The notes beneath the pieces were generated by a model that worked only from the letters and a program-made list of their open reading frames with translations, was not told the DNA's origin and did no database searches. Shown here in pieces: positions 9,825 to 18,772 of a stretch of 64,000 bases of DNA. How positions within the stretch are numbered: the first letter of the stretch is position 1; each line of letters opens with the position of its first letter. Both the position numbers and the translations under genes were made by a program. The DNA comes from an uncultured Bacilli bacterium (GTDB lineage Bacteria; Bacillota_I; Bacilli_A; RF39; UBA660): positions 9,794 through 73,793 of the forward strand of contig CANPZG010000002.1 of NCBI GenBank assembly GCA_947588765.1. The letters run 5' to 3'.

Positions 9825-10922
9825 ATGAAAATTGATGAATTTGTAAAAAACATTGAAGAAGAAAAACTACAAGATTTTCTTGATAGTACAAGTTCCCAAA
9901 TAAAAGCTACAACGAAAGTCCATAAAGTTATAACGGATACTTCTTGGATTGAAATGATTGAAAAGTCAATTCCTTATTTGGATAATATTATTCGTAATCC
10001 GCGAAAATTTATCGCCCAAGAAGAAGATATATTACCGATTGAAAAAACAAAATTTGTTACGGAAGAAAGTATTAAGCATTTAGCGCAAAATACAGGATTA
10101 ATTCAAGATGTTGATGAAGATGGTATGGTAATTCCTTTGAAATTACTAAATGTCTATCGGGAAGAAACTGTGGATTTATATGAAAATCGTTTCATCAAAT
10201 CTCTAGTAGATAATTTATATACTTTTGTTTCTGACAAGTTAAAAGGTAAAGTAGAAAAATCTAGTGTTAATACGACAAGTAATGTAACTTATGATGGTAC
10301 GTGTAAAGCTCAAAATAATACCGTTAAAGTAAGTTTAAAATTAGAAAGCGCTAGTAAAGATGAAATTGAAGAAGCTAATGAAAAAGAACAACATTTAGAA
10401 GAAAGAATCGAGCATATTAAAGATGTTATCGCAGCATTTCGAAGTAGTAAATTTATAAAGAATTTACAAGGATGTCAACCAGTACGGAGTCCTATTCGGA
10501 AAACTAATGTAATTTTGAAAGAACAAAACTTTGTCAAGGCTGTAGAATTATGGGAATATTTAGAAAGTAATGCTATAAAGCCAATGAGTGAAGTTACAAA
10601 TGAAGAATATGATTGCAGCGAAGATGTCAAAAAGACATATGATTTTACATTTTTTCTACAAAAAGAAGCATTAAAATTGCATAAAGATTCAAAATATGAT
10701 AAAGTAAAGATGGTAAAGAATATGGATTTAAATATTCTTTTAACCAATCTTATTAATGATAATGCCATGGAAGAACGGGAAGCCAATGCTTTAGTTCGTA
10801 AAAAAATAAGAAGTATTTATGCTGCTAAAAGAAAAGAAGAAATGGCAATTAATAAGTTATTTAGTGATTTTGTTAAAGATTTTGAAGGAAAGAAAAATAA
10901 AGCTATAGAAATATTAAAGTGA
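9825..10922 (+). CDS. DUF2357/McrC-N-terminal-like protein without recognisable nuclease domain
   Basis: 365 aa. Has the LYENRFIK motif and a later ELWEYL segment like the McrC/DUF2357 region. The C-terminus is short and coiled-coil-like, with no PD-(D/E)xK motif seen by eye. Confidence 0.45.
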   Translation: MKIDEFVKNIEEEKLQDFLDSTSSQIKATTKVHKVITDTSWIEMIEKSIPYLDNIIRNPRKFIAQEEDILPIEKTKFVTEESIKHLAQNTGLIQDVDEDGMVIPLKLLNVYREETVDLYENRFIKSLVDNLYTFVSDKLKGKVEKSSVNTTSNVTYDGTCKAQNNTVKVSLKLESASKDEIEEANEKEQHLEERIEHIKDVIAAFRSSKFIKNLQGCQPVRSPIRKTNVILKEQNFVKAVELWEYLESNAIKPMSEVTNEEYDCSEDVKKTYDFTFFLQKEALKLHKDSKYDKVKMVKNMDLNILLTNLINDNAMEEREANALVRKKIRSIYAAKRKEEMAINKLFSDFVKDFEGKKNKAIEILK

Positions 10923-10928
10923 GGGTAG

Positions 10929-12599
10929 ATGGCTATGGAAAAAGGAAAAAAAGAAAATAAAAGGGCCAAAATATTAGATAATCAAGATGTTCTAAATCTA
11001 AAAGAGTTTATGCTTTTACCTACGAGAGAACAAACTAATAAGATTAATGAGATATTAGCAAAATTATATGAAGATACTTTAAGTATAAGTCCTAAATATG
11101 TGGAAAAGGTTTTAAACTTATGTTATGAAGTTAAAGACAAAGATATATATTTACCTTATAACTTAAAAGTAAGTAAAGAAGGTAGTAAAGTAACTTTTGC
11201 TTTTGTAGAAAAAAGATATGGCTGGTTATTTTTACTATTTATCTTAGCCTTCTTATTTGCTGGTATCGCAGCAACTTATGTTGGGGTTCAATATATGAAT
11301 TCGATGAAGTTAAATATTGATATCAATGGTGATGGTATTGCCGATTTAAACATTGATATGCAAGGAAATGGTTATTGTGATATTAACTGTGATACGGATA
11401 ACGATGGTAAACCTGATGAAAATGTTGACTATCAAGGTAATCGAAATTCTTTATTTAATTCCGTAGATCCAACTGGTAAAGTTAATAATCCTGTAAATCA
11501 AGATTTAAATGATGATGGCAAATGTGATCTAAACTGTGATACAGATAATGATGGTTGGCCAGATATCAATTTAGATTTAGATGGTGATGGAAAAGCTGAT
11601 TTAAATGTTGATCGTAATAGTGATGGTATTCCTGATATAAATATTGATAACAATGGTGATGGTAAACCTGATATTAATGTTGATGTCAATGGTGATAGAA
11701 TTTGTGATTACAATTGTATTACAACGGATACAGATAATAAAAGAGAATTAAATGTTGATATTGATGGTAATGGTGCTTGTGATATCAACTGTGATACTAA
11801 TGATGATGGTATTCCAGATAAAAACTTAGATTATGCTGGTAATAAAGAATCAACATTTAATGCCGAAGATGAAAATGGTAATATTACTAATCGGACTAAT
11901 CAAGATCGCAATAATGATGGCAGATGTGATTTAAACTGTGATATTGATAAAGATGGTTGGCCTGATACTAATTTAGATATCAATGGTGATGGAAATCCAG
12001 ATTTAAATCTTGATACCAATAATGATGATTATCCAGACTTAAATATTGATACTGATGGTGATAAAGCTTGTGATTTAAACTGTGATGATGATGGTGATAA
12101 AGTATGTGATAGAGCATGTACAGATATAGTTGTTGAAGGTCACGGTAATGGTGTTATCGTTCAAGATGGTAATGGTGACACGGGAGTTGGAACTCCATCA
12201 ATAATTGTTAAATTTGAATCTAAAAATGAAGTTATAACTGATAATTTATATCCAGATGATCAAGGAAAAGAATATAATACTAAAGTTCCAGATTTAAGAT
12301 TCTCTATTGAAAATCCTAATGATATTCCAATACATTATAGTATGGAATGGATAATTGCAGAAAATACATTCACAACTGATAACTTATGGTATAAAGTTAC
12401 ATCTGATAATGAAGGTTATAATCAAGATTGGATAGCTACTCCAAAAGAAGATGCTTTAATCAATAATGAAATAATTATTCCACCTCATACAATTCAAAAT
12501 TATCAAATATCTTTAACATTACATGGTACTGGTGAAAACCAAAATGAAGACCAAGGTAAGAATTTTGAGGGAAAGGTTAGAATCGATATTATTAGATAA
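10929..12599 (+). CDS. Single-pass membrane protein with thrombospondin-type-3-like DxDxDG/Cys Ca-binding repeats and a C-terminal beta-sandwich-like domain
   Basis: TM helix GWLFLLFILAFLFAGIAATYVGV (aa about 98-120). Aa 129-398 are repeated D-x-N/D-x-D-G and C-D-x-N-C-D units. The start may instead be the second ATG at 10935. Confidence 0.7.
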   Translation: MAMEKGKKENKRAKILDNQDVLNLKEFMLLPTREQTNKINEILAKLYEDTLSISPKYVEKVLNLCYEVKDKDIYLPYNLKVSKEGSKVTFAFVEKRYGWLFLLFILAFLFAGIAATYVGVQYMNSMKLNIDINGDGIADLNIDMQGNGYCDINCDTDNDGKPDENVDYQGNRNSLFNSVDPTGKVNNPVNQDLNDDGKCDLNCDTDNDGWPDINLDLDGDGKADLNVDRNSDGIPDINIDNNGDGKPDINVDVNGDRICDYNCITTDTDNKRELNVDIDGNGACDINCDTNDDGIPDKNLDYAGNKESTFNAEDENGNITNRTNQDRNNDGRCDLNCDIDKDGWPDTNLDINGDGNPDLNLDTNNDDYPDLNIDTDGDKACDLNCDDDGDKVCDRACTDIVVEGHGNGVIVQDGNGDTGVGTPSIIVKFESKNEVITDNLYPDDQGKEYNTKVPDLRFSIENPNDIPIHYSMEWIIAENTFTTDNLWYKVTSDNEGYNQDWIATPKEDALINNEIIIPPHTIQNYQISLTLHGTGENQNEDQGKNFEGKVRIDIIR

Positions 12600-12605
12600 A
12601 AATTA

Positions 12606-12636
12606 AGCCTTGCAATTTGCAAGACTTTTTCTTTTG
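12606..12636. terminator. Terminator-like hairpin between convergent genes
   Basis: CTTGC (12609-12613) / GCAAG (12619-12623) stem followed by TTTTTCTTTT. Confidence 0.45.
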
Positions 12637-12639
12637 TAA

Positions 12640-13416
12640 TTATTTTTTAATCAATTTTAATAAAGTATTTGGAACTTCACATTCATAAGCATTATTTAGT
12701 ATTTGTTCTTTGGTTAATTCATTATTTTTACATAATGTTAAGAATCTTTTGTTGTTTCTATAATTATGGAAAAGTAAATATATAGGAGCAACATATTTCC
12801 TAAATTCGGGATTATGAATATCTTTTAAAATAGTAATTAATCTTGGATAATCAATAAATTCTCCTAAAGTAATAATTTGATTTTCTTCTTTAGTATACTC
12901 ATCATAATTAATACCATATTTCATCTTTTCCGCAATTTTAATATTTTCATCATTATAGCTAAATTCTTTATCAGTATTAAAATAAAAATAAATAATACTT
13001 TCTAATTCAACTTGCTTTATAGTCGTAGGAATATTGTTTAAACAATTAATTAATTCCATTAATCTATTTAATTTATTGATACTAGGATTTAAAACTAATT
13101 TATTTAAAATACCTAATAATCTTATTTTATATGGTTCTTTTATATTTAATATCATTTCTAATACTAAATTATAAGTATCATCTAAAGAATTAGATTTGAT
13201 TAGATTGCGAATAGTAAAAACATAGTAATTTAATTGATTATTAATTAATTTTCTTAAATTTTTATGCATTATTCTATCTTCGGGATTAGTAATATGAAAA
13301 TTACCATAATAAGTTAAGGTAGCATTACCAAATATAACTTTATTATTAGTAAAATCAATAGTTTGATCACGACAACCATCTATTACTTCTTTTAATATTT
13401 TACCACTTACATACAT
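12640..13416 (-). CDS. Hypothetical protein, paralog of 13788..14627
   Basis: Start moved to the ATG at 13416 (AAGGAG RBS 9-10 nt upstream). Shares ITLGEFIxxPRLxT...NP...APIYLL and the N-terminal block with the neighbouring gene. Confidence 0.6.
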   Translation of the reverse strand: MYVSGKILKEVIDGCRDQTIDFTNNKVIFGNATLTYYGNFHITNPEDRIMHKNLRKLINNQLNYYVFTIRNLIKSNSLDDTYNLVLEMILNIKEPYKIRLLGILNKLVLNPSINKLNRLMELINCLNNIPTTIKQVELESIIYFYFNTDKEFSYNDENIKIAEKMKYGINYDEYTKEENQIITLGEFIDYPRLITILKDIHNPEFRKYVAPIYLLFHNYRNNKRFLTLCKNNELTKEQILNNAYECEVPNTLLKLIKK

Positions 13417-13527
13417 AATAAACATCTCCTTAAGCAAAAAGTATTTTACTACATTTTTATGAAGAAAACAATATAAATATCTATACGCAATAGGACAAGT
13501 TAGCATATCCTATAGTAGGTGATATGA

Positions 13528-13791
13528 ATGAATATTAATATAACTGTTATTATTGCTTTAGTTGCTTATATCTTTGGAGCTATTACCAAAGTATTTATAA
13601 CTAAAATACCTAATAAATTTATTCCGTTACAAAATACGATTATTGGTATTATTAGTGCCATAATATGTTGGATAATAAAGTTAGAACCAAATTTTATTAC
13701 CGCTTTAATTGCTTGTATGATGGCAACAATGAGTGCTGGAGGAATAGCTGATTTAACAAAAATAACCAAGTCCGAAGAGGACGTTGGTTAA
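13528..13791 (+). CDS. Small membrane protein, phage holin-like (Listeria A118 / Phage_holin_1-like)
   Basis: 87 aa with 2-3 TM segments. KIPNKFIPLQNTIIGIISAI...MSAGGIADLTKITK with a charged tail resembles A118-type holins (recollection, not searched). Confidence 0.5.
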   Translation: MNINITVIIALVAYIFGAITKVFITKIPNKFIPLQNTIIGIISAIICWIIKLEPNFITALIACMMATMSAGGIADLTKITKSEEDVG

Positions 13792-14627
13792 TGTAAATTT
13801 TTTATATTAAGAGCAAGATGTAGTTCTTTGCTTTTAGCAGTTATTGCCTCTAAATCATCAGAAGTTAAATTTTCTTTTTGACAAGAACTTAAAAAGTTAG
13901 CTGCTTGATTAGGGTCTTTAATTAAAAAATAAATTGGGGCAATAATATTAGTTAAAGGATTATGACTTTTTAAATCAGTAGCAACAGTTTTTAATCTTTG
14001 AGGAGCTATGAATTCTCCAAGTAAAATAATATCTTTAATATCATTAAATGCTTCATCATTTTCATCAATTAAAAAAGCTTTTTTCTTTTCATCTCGTAAA
14101 TTAATACTAGGGTATTCATTAAATTCATAATTTTTTAAAAATAAGTCCATAATTAAGGTAATTTCAATTTGATTTAAATCGTTATTATTAATAAAACATT
14201 TAAGTAATTTAGCATATTGATCTAAAATATCTTTGATGTCTAATTTTAAAGTAATAGAATTATTAATAATATTATAAAATTGTTCGATTAAAATAAAAGT
14301 AAATTTACGATTAGTATTAAGAATTATTTTAATCATTTTGAGAACTATATCAGTTATATAAAAATCTTTATGATTAACATTAATGGTTTTGTCGGCATAA
14401 TTTTGTTTTATCTTTTGGTCTATTAAATGAGCATAATTTAAAATTTGTTTTTCTTCTCTTAAAGATAAAATTTCTAATTGACTTTTATTATCTAAAACTA
14501 AAGCTCCATCGTAAAATAATTGACCTTTAGGGAAAGTTACGCTTTCATCATCAAAATTTGTTATGCGATCGCGATAGAAATTAATCGCTTTATTTTTTAA
14601 TGAGCCACTTAAATATAATTCTTTCAT
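13788..14627 (-). CDS. Hypothetical protein, paralog of 12640..13416
   Basis: 279 aa. Shares the motif ILLGEFIAPQRLKT...NP...APIYFL. Its 3' end overlaps the holin-like gene by 4 nt (convergent). Confidence 0.6.
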   Translation of the reverse strand: MKELYLSGSLKNKAINFYRDRITNFDDESVTFPKGQLFYDGALVLDNKSQLEILSLREEKQILNYAHLIDQKIKQNYADKTINVNHKDFYITDIVLKMIKIILNTNRKFTFILIEQFYNIINNSITLKLDIKDILDQYAKLLKCFINNNDLNQIEITLIMDLFLKNYEFNEYPSINLRDEKKKAFLIDENDEAFNDIKDIILLGEFIAPQRLKTVATDLKSHNPLTNIIAPIYFLIKDPNQAANFLSSCQKENLTSDDLEAITAKSKELHLALNIKNLH

Positions 14628-14677
14628 AGTAAATACCTCCAGAAGTCCATTATAGAAAAATATTTAAATTTGTCAAG

Positions 14678-16582
14678 TTAATTTAACATTAAAGCGACAG
14701 TACTTCCTTCTTTAACATAAGTATTAGCATCAGGACTTTGATATATTACTTTATCGCCCGAACCACTGTATTCTACTTTAAAACCTTTTAATGTTTTCTT
14801 AGCTTCATCGATTGATGTATTTACAACATCTGGTAATAATACATATTTAGTATCAAGCCAAGTGTATTCTCTTGGCATAACATCTTTAGATGGAGCGATA
14901 TCAAAAATATTAATAGCACTGGTTAGAATGTTTTTGGCTATGGGTGCTGAAACCGTTCCTCCATATTGGACGACATTTTTAGCGTTTTGAATGGCCACAT
15001 AAACTACTATTTGAGGATTATCCGCAGGCATAAAACCAATGAAAGATAAAATATATTTGCTGGTAGAGTAAACGCCATTTTCAACAGTTTGAGCGGTACC
15101 AGTTTTGCCACCAATGCGATAATTTTCAATATATGCATTTTTCCCTGTTCCATTAGCAACAACACTCTCTAAAGCAAAACGTACGAGCTTAGAGGTATCT
15201 TCACTAATAACTTGTTTAACTTCTTCTTTATCTATTTGTTTAATAACACTATTAGTTTCACTTTCTAAAAATGCTTTAACCATATGAGGAACATATAAAT
15301 GCCCACCATTAATCGCAGCACTTACAGCTCTAATTTGTTGAATCGGAGTAACACTTATTCCTTGACCAAAGGCTGTGGTAGCAGTTTCAACTGGCCCCAT
15401 ACTTTCCGTTTTAAATAAAATACCGGTAGCCTCGCCATTTAAATCAATTCCCGTTTTTTTACCAAAACCAAATTCATGAATATATTTCATTAGGGTTTCA
15501 GTGCCTAATTTCATGCCAATCGAAACAAAACCGGTGTTACAACTATTTTCCACAACATTAAGATATGTTTGGGTGCCATGGCCGCCATGTTTCCAACAGT
15601 GTAGGGTAGCATCATCAACTTTAATAGCCCCTGTATCGGTGAAAGTATCTTCAAATAAATTAATGGCTTTTTCCTCTAAAGCACTAGTGAGTGATATAAT
15701 TTTGAAAGTACTTCCGGGTTCGAAAGTCATCCAGATAGGTAAGTTTCTATTGATAACGTCCGTATTAGCACTTTTATAATCATTGGAGTTAAAAGTAGGG
15801 CGACTACCCATGGCTAAAACTTCACCAGTGTTTGGATCCATCGCAATAGCAATAGCGCCATCGGCATTATATTTACTCATCGCTTTATCTAATTCATTTT
15901 CAATTGCTTGTTGTAATTCTAAATCAATGGATAATTGTAATGTTATGCCACTAGTAGGAGCTTCGTATATTTCGGATAAAGCTAAGCGGTGACCTTTACC
16001 GTCAGAAAAATACTTGATACTACCATTTTCTCCAGTTAGATATTTATCGTAATAAAGTTCTAGACCCGATAAACCTTGATTATCTATTCCTACATAACCT
16101 AAAACATGGCTAAGTAAATTATCATAAGGATAATATCTTTTTGATTCTTTAACTAAATAAACACCATCATAATTTAAGTTATTTATTTTTTCAGCAGTTT
16201 CATAATCTAATTGTCTTCCTTCGGGATGAACTCTTTCAATTGATGTTTTTTTCGTAATATGTTTATAAATATCTTCATAATCACAATTTAAGATATTAGC
16301 TAAATCACTAGCCACGCGTTTACTATTCACGATTTGGCTTGGGATAACCACTAAAGAAGTGGTCGTAATATTTGTTGCTAAAACTCGACCTTTACGGTCA
16401 ACTATTTTACCCCTATCAGCACTAATGGGAAGTTCCCGGCTCCATAGGGACTCGGCTAGAGTAGATAACTTTTTATATTGAAAAACTTGAATATAAAAAA
16501 CTCTACCAATAGTAATAATTAAACAAATAATAATAACTAAAAAGACATATCTAATTCTTATATGAATATCATTATAAAACAT
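14678..16582 (-). CDS. Class B penicillin-binding protein (PBP2B/SpoVD/FtsI-type) with C-terminal PASTA domain
   Basis: N-terminal TM anchor. Active-site motifs STFK, SCN and KTGT. PASTA-like C-terminus (LPDVVNTSIDEAKKTLKGFKVEYSGSG...). Confidence 0.9.
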   Translation of the reverse strand: MFYNDIHIRIRYVFLVIIICLIITIGRVFYIQVFQYKKLSTLAESLWSRELPISADRGKIVDRKGRVLATNITTTSLVVIPSQIVNSKRVASDLANILNCDYEDIYKHITKKTSIERVHPEGRQLDYETAEKINNLNYDGVYLVKESKRYYPYDNLLSHVLGYVGIDNQGLSGLELYYDKYLTGENGSIKYFSDGKGHRLALSEIYEAPTSGITLQLSIDLELQQAIENELDKAMSKYNADGAIAIAMDPNTGEVLAMGSRPTFNSNDYKSANTDVINRNLPIWMTFEPGSTFKIISLTSALEEKAINLFEDTFTDTGAIKVDDATLHCWKHGGHGTQTYLNVVENSCNTGFVSIGMKLGTETLMKYIHEFGFGKKTGIDLNGEATGILFKTESMGPVETATTAFGQGISVTPIQQIRAVSAAINGGHLYVPHMVKAFLESETNSVIKQIDKEEVKQVISEDTSKLVRFALESVVANGTGKNAYIENYRIGGKTGTAQTVENGVYSTSKYILSFIGFMPADNPQIVVYVAIQNAKNVVQYGGTVSAPIAKNILTSAINIFDIAPSKDVMPREYTWLDTKYVLLPDVVNTSIDEAKKTLKGFKVEYSGSGDKVIYQSPDANTYVKEGSTVALMLN

Positions 16583-16704
16583 ATTATCCCTCTTTTAACT
16601 ATATTAACTTTTAGCTTTTAAATGTCTATTTTTTGTCAAATATTTTATATTTACAAATAATTAAGAAGAAAATATAGTATAATTAATAAAGAAAGAGGTG
16701 CAGT

Positions 16705-17697
16705 ATGTTAATATTGGCTAAAGCAGCTATGGCTCTCATGTTAGGTTTTATTTTATCTATTGCCACAGCTTTAATAGTTATTCCTTTATTTCGTAAACTT
16801 GGTTTAGGCCAAAGTGTAAGTAAATTAATATCCAAAAGACATTTAAAAAAGGAAGGTACGCCAACAATGGGAGGAGTAATATTTATTATTCCGGTGATTC
16901 TTTCTTTAATATTTCTTTATTTTAATAAAAGTATTAATATAAGCTATAATTTAATTATTGTTATATTTGTATTTTGTGCTTATGCCTTTTTAGGATTTAT
17001 TGATGATTATTTAAAAGTAAAGTTAAAAAATAATGATGGATTATCCTTAATAACTAAATTTTTATTACAAATGGTTATTGCTTTAATCTTCTTCTATTTA
17101 TTTATGAAGGGTGGAGGAGATTCAACTTTAAGAATATCTTTCTTACATTTAAGAATTCCATTAGGTTGGACCTTTGGTTTATTTATTTTATTCTTACTTG
17201 TTGGTACCACTAATGCGGTTAATATATCTGATGGATTAGATGGACTAGCAGCCGGATTAAGTGCTATTGCTTTCTTTGCCTACGGTATTATCTCGTGGAA
17301 TACTGGTTGGTTAGAAGGCTATCAAGAAATTGCTATTTTCTGTTTTATACTAATTGGTGCTTTAATTGGTTTTCTGGTCTTCAATTCCCATCCGGCGAAA
17401 ATATTCATGGGTGATTTAGGATCTTTATCTTTAGGTGGAGCTTTAGCCACAATTGCCATTATTACTCGCCATGAATTTTCTCTAGTTATTATTGGAGGCG
17501 TATTCGTTTTAGAAACGTTAAGTAGTTTAATCCAAATAATAGCTATTCGCTATTTCAATAAAAAAGTATTCTTAAAGGCCCCTTTACATCATCATTTTGA
17601 AGAGTTAGGTTGGGCCGAACAAGATATTATAAAATTATTTTGGGTTGTAGGATTTATTCTTGCAATGGCCGCAATTACCTATGGAGTATGGTTATAA
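16705..17697 (+). CDS. mraY: Phospho-N-acetylmuramoyl-pentapeptide transferase
   Basis: Polytopic protein with GTPTMGG, NAVNISDGLDGLA and GDLGSLSLGG motifs. Confidence 0.95.
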   Translation: MLILAKAAMALMLGFILSIATALIVIPLFRKLGLGQSVSKLISKRHLKKEGTPTMGGVIFIIPVILSLIFLYFNKSINISYNLIIVIFVFCAYAFLGFIDDYLKVKLKNNDGLSLITKFLLQMVIALIFFYLFMKGGGDSTLRISFLHLRIPLGWTFGLFILFLLVGTTNAVNISDGLDGLAAGLSAIAFFAYGIISWNTGWLEGYQEIAIFCFILIGALIGFLVFNSHPAKIFMGDLGSLSLGGALATIAIITRHEFSLVIIGGVFVLETLSSLIQIIAIRYFNKKVFLKAPLHHHFEELGWAEQDIIKLFWVVGFILAMAAITYGVWL

Positions 17698-17708
17698 CAC
17701 CATACTTT

Positions 17709-18596
17709 TTAAATAATTTTAAATATATATTTTAATAAATTATCTTTAATAATCTTATCTTCTAATTTATTAATTGAAAATGTTTTACTACCAGCATAAT
17801 TAAGAGATGCTCCACAATGATAAATCTCTTTTTGATCTAATATAATGTATCGATCATGAAAATCATTATTATAAACTATATTTAGATTATTGTATTGTTT
17901 TTGATATTTATTTATATCTATTTCTTTTAATAAACAATTATTTTTACAGATTATAGTTACATTAACTTTTAAATTTCTTATCATATCTAAAACACTTTTA
18001 TCGGCATAGTTATCAATAATAATTATGTTATTATCTGCTTCTTTTAAAATATCAACTATTTTTGAATAAGCATCATAAATTTGCCCATTAAAATAAATTT
18101 CATTATCTTTTTTCTTTTCTTCGAATTTATTAAAGGATTCTTGTAATAATTTAATATCTTCATCATGTTTTATCACTAAATTATTAATATATTTTTGTTG
18201 AATCAATTCATTAGAAATATATTTTCGCATCAAAACAAAGGCACGCATAATGCTAATGCTTACTTTTGCGGCAACCGAAGTTCTTAAAATACTTGCAAGC
18301 ATAGCAACTCCTTGTTCTGTGAAGACATATGGATTTTTTCGAACTCCTCCATATTCTTTTAAACTTGAAGTCCCACTTTGGGACTTCAAGTTTAAAAATT
18401 CTTCATTAGTTAATTGAAAATAAAAATCATTAGGAAATCTATCAATATTCCTTTTTACCGACTGATTAATTGTTTTCGTACCATTTACACATTTATAAAG
18501 TTTTGCTAAATCAGAGTCTAACATTACTTGTTTTCCTCTTACTTCATAAATTATGTTTTCAATTATTCTTTCATCTAATACTTTAATATTATTCAT
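17709..18596 (-). CDS. ORF6N (KilA-N-related) DNA-binding domain protein
   Basis: N-terminal IYEVRGKQVMLDSDLAKLYKCVNGTKTINQSVKRNIDRFPNDFYFQLT is a typical ORF6N domain. The C-terminus has FHDRYIILDQKEIYHCGASLNYAGSKTF. Confidence 0.75.
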   Translation of the reverse strand: MNNIKVLDERIIENIIYEVRGKQVMLDSDLAKLYKCVNGTKTINQSVKRNIDRFPNDFYFQLTNEEFLNLKSQSGTSSLKEYGGVRKNPYVFTEQGVAMLASILRTSVAAKVSISIMRAFVLMRKYISNELIQQKYINNLVIKHDEDIKLLQESFNKFEEKKKDNEIYFNGQIYDAYSKIVDILKEADNNIIIIDNYADKSVLDMIRNLKVNVTIICKNNCLLKEIDINKYQKQYNNLNIVYNNDFHDRYIILDQKEIYHCGASLNYAGSKTFSINKLEDKIIKDNLLKYIFKII

Positions 18597-18772
18597 TTGT
18601 AATTCCCCCCCTATTTACATAACTAGACTATATCAAACAACTGTTCATATGTCAATGATATTTTAATTATTTTTTTGTTCGAAATTTGCGACCAAAAAAT
18701 ATTCACTTTCTTTATCAGTTAATTTAAAACAAATTTTTTCTGAAAATATTTCTATATTTTCTTTGCTAGTAA

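Noticed and set aside
11313-12122. The D/N/G-rich repeat region considered as a dockerin module, an RTX repeat or a DNA-level microsatellite.
   Set aside because: Dockerins are two ~22-aa segments, not ~270 aa. The RTX GGxGxD nonapeptide is absent. At the DNA level the units are diverged with no perfect short tandem repeat. The paired Cys plus DxDxDG pattern fits TSP3-like repeats better.
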